Of a DNA stretch of 52,450 nucleotides, positions 1 through 9,260 are shown one piece after another. The translations under genes were made by a program, and so were the position numbers. The DNA comes from an uncultured Gemmatimonadales bacterium. Lineage in GTDB: Bacteria; Gemmatimonadota; Gemmatimonadetes; Gemmatimonadales; Gemmatimonadaceae. The DNA lies in contig CAWBZV010000023.1 in the NCBI GenBank assembly GCA_963793305.1, positions 1 to 52,450 of the forward strand. Reading direction: 5' to 3'. The notes beneath the pieces were generated by a model that was not told where the DNA came from, did not search any database, and worked only from the letters and a program-made list of their open reading frames with translations. The stretch's first letter is position 1, and each line of letters begins with the position of its first letter.

Positions 1-365
1 TACCCCAACGCTACCGCGACAAGACCAACACGCTCTGAGCCTATCTGTCTGACCATCGTGCTCAGCGGGATAGCCGTCCCGATCGTCATCGCGATCTGGA
101 CGCTCGCGATGACCACGGTGGCGGCGATGCCGGAGGCGATTACAAGCGTGACCCCGCGCGCAACCTGAAGGGCCAGCCGTTCGGCTGCATACACGTCGGC
201 CAATGCCTCGCCGACGGCCCCGGGATCGCCGAACCGCGCCAGATCACTCTCGGCCATGTCCTCCAGATGGTCGCGGATCTCACGCTCGATCTCACGTCGG
301 CGTCGAGCCCGAGGAATCCTCGCGCGCGATACGACCTGCGCGACAATGTGATCGTGGTCGTCCAC
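1..365 (-). CDS. PadR-associated membrane protein with permease-prefix/HAAS-like N-terminus (runs off window edge)
   Basis: Not in the ORF track. Reading from GTG at 365 gives MDDHDHIVAQVVSRARIPRARRRREIEREIRDHLEDMAESDLARFGDPGAVGEAL (E..DH...A..FGDP pattern), then hydrophobic helices. It lies directly downstream of PadR. Confidence 0.7.
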   Translation of the reverse strand, partial: MDDHDHIVAQVVSRARIPRARRRREIEREIRDHLEDMAESDLARFGDPGAVGEALADVYAAERLALQVARGVTLVIASGIAATVVIASVQIAMTIGTAIPLSTMVRQIGSERVGLVAVALG

Positions 366-691
366 GGTTCATCCCCGGCAAGAATCGTGTTCACCATCTC
401 GGTGAAGACCCGCCACTCGCGTTGGCTGCGCTGCGCGGCGCGGCGGCCCGTCGCCGTGAGGCCGTAGTATTTCCGCTGCTTGCCGTTGGGGCCACGTTGC
501 CATTCGGAGCGCAAGTACCCGCGCTTGTGCAACTGGTGGAGCGCGGGGTAGAGCGTCCCTTCCTTGAAGGCAAAGGCATCCCGGGTTCGGCGGGCCGACT
601 CCTGAATGATCTCGTACCCGTACATGTCGCGCTCGGAGAGGAGGCGGAGGATCAACAGCGCGATGCTGCCTTTCAGTAACTCGCGATCCAT
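140..691 (-). CDS. PadR family transcriptional regulator
   Basis: MDRELLKGSIALLILRLLSERDMYGYEII...EGTLYPALHQL...RKYYGLTATGR. The natural end is probably near 372. Read-through to 140 likely reflects an indel in the G run before TGA. Confidence 0.9.
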   Translation of the reverse strand: MDRELLKGSIALLILRLLSERDMYGYEIIQESARRTRDAFAFKEGTLYPALHQLHKRGYLRSEWQRGPNGKQRKYYGLTATGRRAAQRSQREWRVFTEMVNTILAGDEPWTTTITLSRRSYRARGFLGLDADVRSSVRSATIWRTWPRVIWRGSAIPGPSARHWPTCMQPNGWPFRLRAGSRL

Positions 692-696
692 AGATC

Positions 697-752
697 TACA
701 AAGTAACACAGACTGGACGACGAATCGCCAGAGTATTACTCTATACTTTGTA
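697..752. promoter_or_regulatory. AT-rich divergent promoter with inverted repeats (candidate PadR operator)
   Basis: TACAAAGTA (697-705) pairs with TACTTTGTA (744-752), and AGAGTA-T-TACTCT (730-742) is a palindrome. The site lies between padR and the divergent gene. Confidence 0.5.
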
Positions 753-1271
753 TGCCGATACTTGGTGGATCGCGTGCCGCGCGCGTGGCGCTCGTGTGTG
801 TCGTGACGACGCTGGTCCTCTCCGCCATCCTGGACAATCTCAACCGGACGCTGGTCGAGATGCCGGCGTGGCGGGCGGTCGGGCCGCTCGCCTGGGCGGC
901 GTTCAGCCGGCACGCCGATCTCGGTGTAGGGCGCATTATCTATCCGGTGGCCGGAATCGGTGGCACACTCCTATCGCTCGTTGCCGCCATCGCCTTCCGC
1001 CTGAGTCCAAAGCGACCGCGCTTCGCCGCCATCCCCATCTACGGCTCCGCGTGCGCGAGCCTCGGCGTCATGTTCCTCACCGCCTTTGCCGCGCCCGATC
1101 ATGTTGAGCCTGCCCCGCCTCGGCGAGGATCCGGCTGCGCTGGCGCGGGCGTTCAGCGGCTTCGCGTATTGGGACGCGGTCCGTGCCGTCGTCGGGGCCG
1201 TGGGTGGTTGCGCGGGCGTCTGGGCCCTGATCGCGCTGCTCGTGATCTACGCTGAGCCACGCGCTCAGTAG
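752..1271 (+). CDS. DUF1772/anthrone-oxygenase-like membrane protein, frameshifted near 1095
   Basis: The 752 frame (EMPAWRAVGPLAWAAFSRHADL...) continues in the 1086 frame (PIMLSL...FAYWDAVRAV), giving four hydrophobic helices. Confidence 0.6.
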
Positions 1272-1381
1272 GCAGAGCCCCCGGTGACCGTAGCGGCGTC
1301 GGCGCGTGGGCTCAACGCACCGCCGCGTCGCGATCATGCGCGAGACATTGCCGATGCGTGCGCTACGGCGCTGCTACCGAA

Positions 1382-1813
1382 TGGGCGAGAAGGATATTTC
1401 CTAATGGGAACGTCATCGACCGACCTCGAAGCGACTACTCATCTGGTTCAGCGTTGTTTCAGTACTGCTCGTGCTGTGGGGTGCGGTATTCGCCTTCTTC
1501 GGCCTTGGCGTCCTGCCCGTTGATCGGCACGTGCTGCTTCCGTGGGAGAGTGCCCTCTACGGTGCGATCATGATGGGTTGGGGGGCAACCCTCCTGCTGA
1601 TCGGCCGCGTTGCGCTCCGGCGAAACGATCTCGAACTGACGAAACCCCTGCTGTTCGGGATCTCCGTGTGGTTGCTCGTCGAGGCAGCATTCTCTGCTCG
1701 CTTTGGCGTCTGGTTCAACGTCGGGGTCGATTTCGCCGTGCTGGTGTTGTTTAGCGTTCCATTAGTCGCCAGCATGCGCGCATCGCGGAATGCAGGGGAC
1801 GTGTGAACCGCGG
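1382..1813 (+). repeat. Diverged direct duplicate of 12532-12962
   Basis: Both copies begin TGGGCGAGAAGGATATTTCCTAATGGGA, encode nearly the same protein and end GTGAACC(C)GCGG. Confidence 0.9.
1423..1806 (+). CDS. Four-helix membrane protein, paralog of 12568-12954, start codon lost
   Basis: TSKRLLIWFSVVSVLLVLWGAVFAFFGLGVLPVDRHVLLPWESALYGAIMMGWG... The ATG of the paralog is CCG here. Confidence 0.7.
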   Translation, partial: TSKRLLIWFSVVSVLLVLWGAVFAFFGLGVLPVDRHVLLPWESALYGAIMMGWGATLLLIGRVALRRNDLELTKPLLFGISVWLLVEAAFSARFGVWFNVGVDFAVLVLFSVPLVASMRASRNAGDV

Positions 1814-1996
1814 TTTCTCAGGGTGTATCCGGTGCTAAAAAGCGGAACACGGGCGTTGTCATCGAGTCGGTGGCGATCGCTTCCGTGCGACTCGTGACTT
1901 CGAGCTTCGTGAACAAGTGCGTCACGTGAATCTTGACCGTGCCGTCACTGATCCCGAGCGCGTCGGCGATATGTGAACTGTCGGCTTTCAGACGAA

Positions 1997-2458
1997 TCAG
2001 GCGTCGGGCGAATCAGCTGTCGCGCGAGCGCGGCTTCCGGCGGAGCGAATCCGGCTCCACATCGTCGCGAAGAACAGCACCAGGCCGATGATCTGCGCCA
2101 GACCAGCTGATAGAATGGCGACGCGAAGCGACAGTGCGTTACTGCCACTGGCGCGCATCCATTCGCCGGTTGCCCGGGCGGCGGTGCCCGCGGTGATCAG
2201 CCAGTAGGCGATCTCCGCAATCAACGGCCGATACGCAATGTCGTCCGACCTGGGTCGTGGGAACATCCACAGGGCCACGCCCAGGATCATCATCATGACG
2301 AAACCGACCAGGAGGAGATGCGTGTGGGCACTCACGCCGTACGCGCTGGGGGCGCGTCCTAGGAGCTCGCGCTCGGCGAGCATCCAGCCACCGAGGATGA
2401 TGCCGAGCACTAAGAACACGATCGCAGTCTTGATATAGCGGCGGACGAGGTCGTTCAT
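1997..2458 (-). CDS. Short heme-copper oxidase subunit I-like membrane protein
   Basis: Four TM segments with SAHTHLLLVGFVMMMILGVALWMFPR (HxH motif). Confidence 0.7.
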   Translation of the reverse strand: MNDLVRRYIKTAIVFLVLGIILGGWMLAERELLGRAPSAYGVSAHTHLLLVGFVMMMILGVALWMFPRPRSDDIAYRPLIAEIAYWLITAGTAARATGEWMRASGSNALSLRVAILSAGLAQIIGLVLFFATMWSRIRSAGSRARATADSPDA

Positions 2459-2476
2459 GCGGCGATCATGCCGTTA

Positions 2477-2926
2477 TCAGTGTGGCCGCACAATGGGTAG
2501 CACCGTGTGGCTCGCCGAGGCAACCGCGAGAGGTCGGCGGCTGAGTATCGTCCACATATTATACACGAACGCGTACGCGCCCAGGGCGGAGAGTGCGCCG
2601 CCAGTGGCCAGCACTGGGTTGGCGGGCGAACCGAAGTGTGGACGGAGCACGAACCCAACGACCATCAGCGCCAATCCGGCGTTCGAAAAATACCAGTGTG
2701 ATCCGGCCAGTCGCCGATGGCGGATCGGGCGGCCGACGAATCGGGGAATGACGTGATACGCGACGCCGTAGATCATCATCGTCACGAACCCAAGGAGGTT
2801 CATGTGGACGTGCGCCGGATAGTACACGCCCCACGCTGGGTGCGCGGCCATAGCGACGCCCAGTGTGACGCCTAAGGCCAGCCAGACGAGGCTGGCCTTG
2901 AGGAAGGCTGAGACGAACCAGTCCAT
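2477..2926 (-). CDS. Short heme-copper oxidase subunit I-like membrane protein (paralog of 1997-2458)
   Basis: MDWFVSAFLKASLVWL...PAHVHMNLLGFVTMMIYGVAYHVIPRF. Confidence 0.7.
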   Translation of the reverse strand: MDWFVSAFLKASLVWLALGVTLGVAMAAHPAWGVYYPAHVHMNLLGFVTMMIYGVAYHVIPRFVGRPIRHRRLAGSHWYFSNAGLALMVVGFVLRPHFGSPANPVLATGGALSALGAYAFVYNMWTILSRRPLAVASASHTVLPIVRPH

Positions 2927-2934
2927 CGTCGGCG

Positions 2935-3276
2935 TTATTGGACGGTCAAGTGACCGTGCATGCCGAGCGCGGCGTGAGGGTCGCATTGGAAGTAGTAGAT
3001 GCCGGGGGTGAGGTTGACCGGCAGATCAAAGGTCTGTCCTGGCAGCTGCAGCGGCGTGCTTGGTGCTGGGAGGCCGCTCTTACCGGTGTTCGAGTCCGGC
3101 AAGAAGTCAACGTTGTGGACGCCCGGAGAGAGGACGAATCGCACGTCGTCGCCGCGATGCGCCGTGACGGTGTTTGGCTTGAAATAGTTCCCATTGGCAT
3201 CCGAAATCATGAGGACCGTGTCGATGACGCCAGTTGGCGCAGCGGCCGCCGCCGCGGGCGGCGACGCCGACGAAGT
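2935..3276 (-). CDS. Plastocyanin/azurin-family blue copper protein, N-terminus missing
   Basis: Type-1 Cu ligands in GVHNVDF and YFQCDPHAALGM. It has no start codon or signal peptide of its own and abuts a Crp fragment. Confidence 0.85.
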   Translation of the reverse strand, partial: TSSASPPAAAAAAPTGVIDTVLMISDANGNYFKPNTVTAHRGDDVRFVLSPGVHNVDFLPDSNTGKSGLPAPSTPLQLPGQTFDLPVNLTPGIYYFQCDPHAALGMHGHLTVQ

Positions 3277-3507
3277 CCTGGGCCCTCGATGTGCAGCACT
3301 TGGTCCTTGCCGTCCGGGCTCGTCCGAAAGATCCGCACGCGGCCGGTCTCGACGATGTAGAGTCCGCGGCAGTCCCTGGCCAGCGGCGAACAGCAGGTGA
3401 TTTGCGCCGACCGTGCGTGGGACGCATCGCTCCGCCAGGCGTGCGAGCGCTTTTGTATCGAGCTCGGCAAAGATCGGGATTCGGCGGAGCAGATCGATGG
3501 GGGGCAT
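3277..3507 (-). pseudogene. Crp/Fnr regulator N-terminal fragment (frameshifted and truncated)
   Basis: MPPIDLLRRIPIFAELDTKALARLA...LFAAG, then DCRGLYIVETGRVRIFRTSPDGKDQVLHIEGPG in another frame. No HTH follows. Confidence 0.8.
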
Positions 3508-3508
3508 G

Positions 3509-4549
3509 TCAATGCGACATGTGGGCGTACATCGTCGGCGTGCCGACCTGAATGATGCCGACCGCGCCCTTTTCCGCGTCGGCGAAGCTGTGCGTGACGA
3601 ATGGATACAGGCCCTCGCCACTGGCGTCGCGGTCGAACACGGTCTCGAAGACCGCACCACCGCCTGGCGGGACCGCGTAGGTCTGCACGTCCGTCAGCGC
3701 GTGCGATGGATCGCCGTCGGGGTACACGCGGTCGAAGATGGCGCCAACGATGTGGAAGTCGCTCGTGGCGTTCGGTCCGGCGTTCACGACAAACAACCGG
3801 ACTCGATCGCCGACATGGACCTGGAGCGGGTTGTCCTTGTACTGGAACGCGCGGCCGTTGAAGACGACGTAACTGGCGTTCTTCGCCATCGCGGACTGCC
3901 AATCGGGCTGCATCGGGACGGCGTTCGCTAGCGATGGCGTCGACGTCCCGGGTTTGGCGTAGTACTCGCTTTCGACGAGCACGAACTCCTTGTCCGCCGC
4001 GGTCGGCCAGCCATCGCGGGGGTCGACGATGATCGGGAGATACATACCCTGCATGATGTGCATCAGGACCGGCGGGGTGCCGCAGTGCACCATGAACGCG
4101 CCGGCATCGCGCGCCGTGAACGTGAAGGCGACGGAGTCGTGCGGCATGATCATGCGATAGGCAACGTTCGCGGGAATCCGGGCGGCGTGGAAGTCGATCG
4201 AGTGGGGCATTGGCGACTCGTTCACGACCGTGATTCGCACTTCGTCGCCGACGCGAACACGAAGCACCGGGCCCGGGACCGTGCCACCGAATGTCCAGGC
4301 GTGATACGTGACGCCGGACGCGATCTCGATCGTGGCGTCCTTGATGGGGATGCGAAATGCTTTGACGTGTGCGTCCGATGCTCTCACGAGGCGAGCATCG
4401 AATGTGGGGGAGGTCGACCGTTGCACGCGGTCGAAGTCCACGGATTCGATCGGATCGCCGCGGCGCGCGGCGCCCAGAATCGAGACGACGCCGACGCCGA
4501 GCGCGCCGACGAGTCCAAGGGAGATGAGTTTGTGAGTAGGTGTACGCAT
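3509..4549 (-). CDS. nirK: Copper-containing nitrite reductase / two-domain multicopper oxidase
   Basis: Motifs PHSIDFHAA, VHCGTPPVLMHIMQGM, SDFHIVG and YPFVTHSF are present, including the catalytic Asp and His positions. There is an N-terminal hydrophobic export segment. Confidence 0.85.
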   Translation of the reverse strand: MRTPTHKLISLGLVGALGVGVVSILGAARRGDPIESVDFDRVQRSTSPTFDARLVRASDAHVKAFRIPIKDATIEIASGVTYHAWTFGGTVPGPVLRVRVGDEVRITVVNESPMPHSIDFHAARIPANVAYRMIMPHDSVAFTFTARDAGAFMVHCGTPPVLMHIMQGMYLPIIVDPRDGWPTAADKEFVLVESEYYAKPGTSTPSLANAVPMQPDWQSAMAKNASYVVFNGRAFQYKDNPLQVHVGDRVRLFVVNAGPNATSDFHIVGAIFDRVYPDGDPSHALTDVQTYAVPPGGGAVFETVFDRDASGEGLYPFVTHSFADAEKGAVGIIQVGTPTMYAHMSH

Positions 4550-4584
4550 GGGTAGAACCATGGGCCCGACCGCTCGGGTGCGGC

Positions 4585-4624
4585 GTCGGGGCTTCCGGCA
4601 CTCCCTTGTCAGGGTATCCCTGAC
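4585..4624. promoter_or_regulatory. Tandem 17-bp operator boxes upstream of nirK
   Basis: GTCGGGG-CTT-CCGGCAC (4585) and a perfect GTCAGGG-TAT-CCCTGAC (4608). Confidence 0.75.
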
Positions 4625-4695
4625 GCTGACGCGGGGGCTCTTCCTGGGACGATGGGCTGGAGGGGGGCGCCGCTCGTCGGGCGAGAATCGCCGAC

Positions 4696-4902
4696 ATGCG
4701 CATCGTCACGCGCCTCGACGTGAAGGTGATCATCGGCGAGGGGGACAACGCGGCCCTTTTCACGGAGATGGAGACGACCGCGCCGGCGCCGGCCGTCACG
4801 GTCGTCGCGGAGTGGCACCAGATCCGCAATGGGAAGATCGCGCGTGCGCAGTCGGCGTTCGACGGCCGTCCGTTCGCAGCGATGTTCTCGGCGAAACCGT
4901 AA
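4696..4902 (+). pseudogene. SnoaL/NTF2-like protein C-terminal fragment
   Basis: DVKVIIGEGDNAALF...VAEWHQIRNGKIARAQSAFDGRPF. At 68 aa the N-terminal helix appears to be absent. Confidence 0.55.
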
Positions 4903-5037
4903 GGGAGCGCTCAGTCGGGTTACGGTCAAAGGGGTCCGTCGAAAGGAATCCTTGACGGGGCGAGTCACGGCCGTCGGTCCCCGACCCGGTCGTATTGCCG
5001 GTGTTGGGGGCCGCGAGTGTAGAAGGCCCTCGCGGCC

Positions 5038-5082
5038 GTCGGTGAATCCCTGACAGACCTGGCCCCCGAGCTGGCGTAGCGT
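5038..5082 (+). promoter_or_regulatory. Operator box plus -10-like hexamer
   Basis: GTCGGTG-AAT-CCCTGAC (5038-5054), then TAGCGT (5077-5082) 22 nt later. Confidence 0.65.
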
Positions 5083-5091
5083 CTGCCCACT

Positions 5092-6069
5092 ATGAAACGG
5101 CATCTGGTGGTGATCGGCTTGGGGCTCGCGGCCGTCGTATTGGTGGCAGCGACGGCGTTGTGGGCGGTGTATGCTCACGACCTGAGGCTCGCGCGTGAGC
5201 GCCTTGCCGGCCGTAGTCAGGTGGTCGCGACGTCGCTCGGCACGGTGGAGTACGCCGTGGTGGGTACGGGCGAGCCGATACTCGCTGTCCACGGCGCGAG
5301 CGGCGGCTTTGATCAGGGCATCGATCTGACCGGCGCGATGGCCGAACAGGGCTATCGGATTATCGCTCCTTCCCGCTTCGGCTACCTTCGCTCGACGATG
5401 CCCGCCGGAGCGACGACCGCCATGCAGGCCGATGCTTACGCCCAACTGCTCGACCGCCTCGGCATTGACGAGGTCTTCGTGGTCGGCATCTCGGCGGGTG
5501 CGTGGTCGTCCATCCAGTTCGCGATCCGATATCCGCAACGGTGCCGGGCGCTCGTGCTCCTCGTCCCGGCGAACTACCTACCGCCGGGGACGTTTATCCA
5601 CGGGGGCGCCGTCGCGAGAGCGATCTTGAGTTCCGATTTCGTTGCCTGGGCAGCGCTCAAACTGATGCCGCTCGCGTCAGGTGGACTGACGCGGACCTTG
5701 CTCGGCACGGACGATGCCGTTGTGCGTTCAGCAGATCCCAGCGAGAGGACCCGAATCCGGGAAGTGCTCGACCATCTGCTGCCGATACAACCGCGCGTCG
5801 CGGGGACGGATTTTGACGTTCGGACCGCCGCCGCGCGCGAGCCCTATGCCATCCAACGCATCGTCTGTCCTGTCCTGACGATCAGTGCCGACGACGATCG
5901 ATTTCAGACGAACGACCGAGCGAGGTACATTGCGGCCACCGTCCCTGACGGTCGCGATATCGTGTTTCCGACTGGCGGTCATGCGTTGGTCGGCAACTAC
6001 GCCGCGGCCTTGGTGGACGTTAGGACCTTCCTCCAGGGTGTGCAGACGGCGCGGGATCATGCTCCCTGA
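5092..6069 (+). CDS. Membrane-anchored alpha/beta hydrolase
   Basis: N-terminal TM, HGASGG oxyanion region, GISAG nucleophile elbow and GGHAL catalytic His. Confidence 0.9.
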   Translation: MKRHLVVIGLGLAAVVLVAATALWAVYAHDLRLARERLAGRSQVVATSLGTVEYAVVGTGEPILAVHGASGGFDQGIDLTGAMAEQGYRIIAPSRFGYLRSTMPAGATTAMQADAYAQLLDRLGIDEVFVVGISAGAWSSIQFAIRYPQRCRALVLLVPANYLPPGTFIHGGAVARAILSSDFVAWAALKLMPLASGGLTRTLLGTDDAVVRSADPSERTRIREVLDHLLPIQPRVAGTDFDVRTAAAREPYAIQRIVCPVLTISADDDRFQTNDRARYIAATVPDGRDIVFPTGGHALVGNYAAALVDVRTFLQGVQTARDHAP

Positions 6070-6276
6070 GCGCTGGTCCCAGGACATGGTGACGATCTAT
6101 CAGCGCTCGCCTGGCGTTCGGTCGCGCCGTGGCTGGCGTCAACGAGTTCAGGTCGATGCGGCATTGATTCATGGACACGCCGCCGTTGTCTGCTGCGCTG
6201 CGAGTGGGACGCCCTGAGTAAGCTGGCGAATTCGCCGCCCAACGGGCGTGTCACGGCAGGCCGTTCCGCCAGGGAA

Positions 6277-7089
6277 TCACGCCCCGATCGCAGGTTGCTG
6301 GTCGACACCCCAGCGTCGAGCTAGCGTACGCGGGCCCCATACGGCGATGACGATTGCGGCCGCACATGCAGTGATCAGGCCGGTGATACGCGGGTCGTAG
6401 TAGGAACCGTAGATCGGGAACAGCATCCAACTGAGGTTCTGCATCGCGTGGCACAGCGTGACGGCGAAGACGCTTTTGCCCGTGTTGTTGTACAGCCAGA
6501 CGAGCAGAACCCGTGCCGCTACCGTGCCAACACACCACCAGGCGATCCATGTCGGAGGCCGGCGAGCTTCCAGCAGCGGTATGATGTGAAACCCGGCCCA
6601 CGCCAACCCCAAGAGCATGCTCGCGCCGAGCGCGTTCCATCCAGCTTGCATCGCATCGATGGCGTATCCGGACCATCCGAGCTCCTCACCCAGGGCACCT
6701 ACGAAGAAGACCAGCAACAGGGCCAGGGCCGTCAGCACCGTAAATCGCGGGGCGGGAATCGGCACCCCCGTCAGGCGCATCAGCCCGTAGGAGCACGCCA
6801 TGACGCCGGGCCCCAAGAGGATGATCGGCGCATACCAGACCATTCCTCTGATGCGCTGGTAATCGAAGGATCTTTTCAGCAGGGCAATCATGCCTGCCGT
6901 CTTGCTCTCTCCATATACGAGAATCAGCGCCGCTGCGGCTGGACACAGGAAACTGAGCGCGCTCACCGGGAGGCCAGGTAGTAGCTGACGCGCCGTCGAG
7001 GCGCCGGCCAACCAGAACGGAATACAGAGGGCAATAACGATTAAGAAGAATGTCTGAGGCGATCTGGTGCGCGGCGGAACTACGGACAT
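6277..7089 (-). CDS. CPBP (CAAX/Abi) intramembrane metalloprotease
   Basis: LGEELGWSGY, WAGFH and CHAMQN motifs in a multi-TM protein. The start at 7089 overlaps the upstream stop. Confidence 0.88.
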   Translation of the reverse strand: MSVVPPRTRSPQTFFLIVIALCIPFWLAGASTARQLLPGLPVSALSFLCPAAAALILVYGESKTAGMIALLKRSFDYQRIRGMVWYAPIILLGPGVMACSYGLMRLTGVPIPAPRFTVLTALALLLVFFVGALGEELGWSGYAIDAMQAGWNALGASMLLGLAWAGFHIIPLLEARRPPTWIAWWCVGTVAARVLLVWLYNNTGKSVFAVTLCHAMQNLSWMLFPIYGSYYDPRITGLITACAAAIVIAVWGPRTLARRWGVDQQPAIGA

Positions 7090-8060
7090 CCGGTCCTCTG
7101 TTCGGACGGCATCGTGCGATCGCTTGCTCGGACCTCGATCGCAGCCCACAACGTGTCCAGTGTGGCGGTTGGCACTGACGTGCCGTGCACGACGCGGCCC
7201 ACTTCTCGGGCGAGCGCTTGCATCTCGACAGGCGCCGATGCGACGTGACCGCCGAACGCACATTCGGCCAACGGCTGCGAGAAATATCGGCGCCAGTACC
7301 ACACCGCGACCTGCGCCGGCGCCCACGCGAATATCGCGCGCAGATTGATCGGTGGCGCCCCGCTCCCGCCGATGACGAGCGCCCGAAACCCCTCGCGTAC
7401 GCCTCGGACCAAGCCAGCGATGGCACGTCGATCCGCCGCCAGCGTCGCCGTGTTGCCGCCGACGAGATACACGCTCCCGGCCACGGCGGTCACGAACACG
7501 GCGTGCGCGTTGAGCCACGCGTCCATGTGTGACTCCGTTCTTACCGGGAACCCGGCGCGGCGAAGCGCTCGCGTCAGCGTGCGGAGCCGGGGCGTTCGAC
7601 GCCCACTGGGTTCGCCGATGGTTGTCGGTTGCTGCGGGATCAGCACGTAGCGCACGACCGATCCAACGCGTACCCCGCCGGCGCCCGGGAAGCCGAGCAC
7701 GACCCGCTCGGCTCCGACCGCATCGAGTAGCGCGCCGGAGCCGCCGGCATGGTTGTGCATGAACATCACCATCGGCACGCGTCGCGCCGCCGCGATCACT
7801 GGGAGCACGGCGTCGACTTGTTCGCGCCGGACCGCGACTACGATGAGGTCGAACACGTCATCCGGCTCGAGTGAGGCGGTCACGTCGACGCGCGCATATG
7901 TGCGCCGCCCGGTCAGCGCCTCCTCGAGGACGACGCCCTGTACCCGCAGCGCAGCGAGACGTTCGCCGCGCGCGAGCACCGTCACATAGTGCCCGGCCTC
8001 GTGGAGTCGCGCGGCATACAGCGAGCCCTGCACGCCGCCGCCGTACACGAGGATACGCAT
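7080..8060 (-). CDS. Ketopantoate reductase (PanE/ApbA) family protein
   Basis: MRILVYGGGVQGSLYAARL Rossmann start, plus DLIVVAVR and VLGFPGAGG. Confidence 0.85.
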   Translation of the reverse strand: MRILVYGGGVQGSLYAARLHEAGHYVTVLARGERLAALRVQGVVLEEALTGRRTYARVDVTASLEPDDVFDLIVVAVRREQVDAVLPVIAAARRVPMVMFMHNHAGGSGALLDAVGAERVVLGFPGAGGVRVGSVVRYVLIPQQPTTIGEPSGRRTPRLRTLTRALRRAGFPVRTESHMDAWLNAHAVFVTAVAGSVYLVGGNTATLAADRRAIAGLVRGVREGFRALVIGGSGAPPINLRAIFAWAPAQVAVWYWRRYFSQPLAECAFGGHVASAPVEMQALAREVGRVVHGTSVPTATLDTLWAAIEVRASDRTMPSEQRTGCP

Positions 8061-8094
8061 GCCATTTCGCTGCGCTGGCCTGCTATCCTTGCCG

Positions 8095-8565
8095 CTACGC
8101 CCACGACGCGAGAATACGCGACACGAGCGTCGGCCGAGGCGATACCGTCGTGCCGAGGTCGTCTGCGACCGACACGCCACGCACACCGACGACCGATGCC
8201 GCGGCAGCGGCGGCCCTGTCGCGCTCGGCCGCGCTCGCAAACGGGCCGAGGAGCGTTACGACGCCCTCTTCGGCGCGGACGCGCACGTCGCGCTTGACGT
8301 TATTCAGTACGGCCAAGACAAGCGCGGTGTCGGTTGGACCCCCTTCGAATGTCCGGCGCGTGCGCATGCGTTGCGTCATCCCGCGGATGCCCGACACACC
8401 CCACACCGCCTGCTCGACCGCCGTCAGCTCGGCGGGAGTGTCGACGATGCCGGTCAGCGATACGATGCCTGATTCCACCCGCGCACTGACGCTCTGAATG
8501 CCGGCACCGAGCTCACGGCATACGGCCACCAGCACCTGTTCGTGTAGCCTGCGATCATCGGACAC
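8095..8565 (-). CDS. BON domain protein (two BON domains)
   Basis: GTG start after GGAGGAG. Contains VESGIVSLTGIV and AEEGVVTLLG...VVGVRGV. Paralog of 46145-46621. Confidence 0.85.
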   Translation of the reverse strand: MSDDRRLHEQVLVAVCRELGAGIQSVSARVESGIVSLTGIVDTPAELTAVEQAVWGVSGIRGMTQRMRTRRTFEGGPTDTALVLAVLNNVKRDVRVRAEEGVVTLLGPFASAAERDRAAAAAASVVGVRGVSVADDLGTTVSPRPTLVSRILASWA

Positions 8566-8593
8566 GGTCTCCTCCAGTACGATTGACATCCAG

Positions 8594-8684
8594 AGTATCG
8601 TTCGGGCCGCGTCCGGAGTCTGTCGGGTGAAAGCTGCGAGGGTGTCGGGGAGTCCCTTACACGGCGTGTCGGGCGTTCTGGCGT
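8594..8684 (-). promoter_or_regulatory. Three operator boxes plus -10-like GATACT
   Basis: Boxes at 8622 (GTCGGGT-GAA-AGCTGCG), 8644 (GTCGGGG-AGT-CCCTTAC) and 8668 (degenerate). GATACT lies on the minus strand at 8599-8594. Confidence 0.65.
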
Positions 8685-8772
8685 TCGTGGAGCACGCGGC
8701 GCACCAGCCTGGACGCGAATTCGGGATGTCCGCTGTGCGCAGTCGAGACGCGAACACCCTGACGCGCGCGCC

Positions 8773-9225
8773 TCAGCCTACCGGCGTGCGTGGCACGCTG
8801 GACGGACGCGAGCGCGAAAGGCGGATTCGCCCGCGGGGATTCGCGCAGAGGAATGGTGCGGCGACGACGACGATCACGAGGGTGGGATAGAACCACGCGA
8901 CGGTGATGTCGAAACCCAGAATCCCATCTGCCCACTGCGGGCCTGCGACGAACCGGGCCACGAGGCTTGCGAACACGAGCGACAGCGAGCACCACGTGGC
9001 GCTCAGCACGACGCGGGCGCTTCGGTCCAACGCAGGTGCTTCGCGGATCGATGCGTGGACGATCGTCAGGATGAGCGCCGCGCCAATCGCGGCTGACGCG
9101 ATTCCACCCCACGGCTCTCTGAAGAGGGGCGTGAGCACCAGGGTCCGGATCATCCCGGTCACGATGATCGCGGCCATCAAACCGAACCAGACTCCCAGCA
9201 CAACGGCGGGGCGGACAAAGCGCAT
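8773..9225 (-). CDS. Hypothetical four-helix membrane protein
   Basis: MRFVRPAVVLGVWFGLMAAIIVTGMIRTLVLTPLF...; four hydrophobic segments. Confidence 0.6.
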   Translation of the reverse strand: MRFVRPAVVLGVWFGLMAAIIVTGMIRTLVLTPLFREPWGGIASAAIGAALILTIVHASIREAPALDRSARVVLSATWCSLSLVFASLVARFVAGPQWADGILGFDITVAWFYPTLVIVVVAAPFLCANPRGRIRLSRSRPSSVPRTPVG

Positions 9226-9260
9226 ATGCCGATGACTAGGATGAACCAGAGCCCACGGGT

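Noticed and set aside
2935..3660. 241-aa ORF as a novel Crp-cupredoxin fusion
   Set aside because: The Crp part changes frame and is truncated. The continuous ORF is an accident of an indel plus a deletion.
3207..4829. Long alternative-frame and antisense ORFs (for example 3207-4829, 33902-35245, 39087-40121, 42108-43223)
   Set aside because: These are Arg/Pro-rich shadow frames of real genes, as expected in high-GC DNA.
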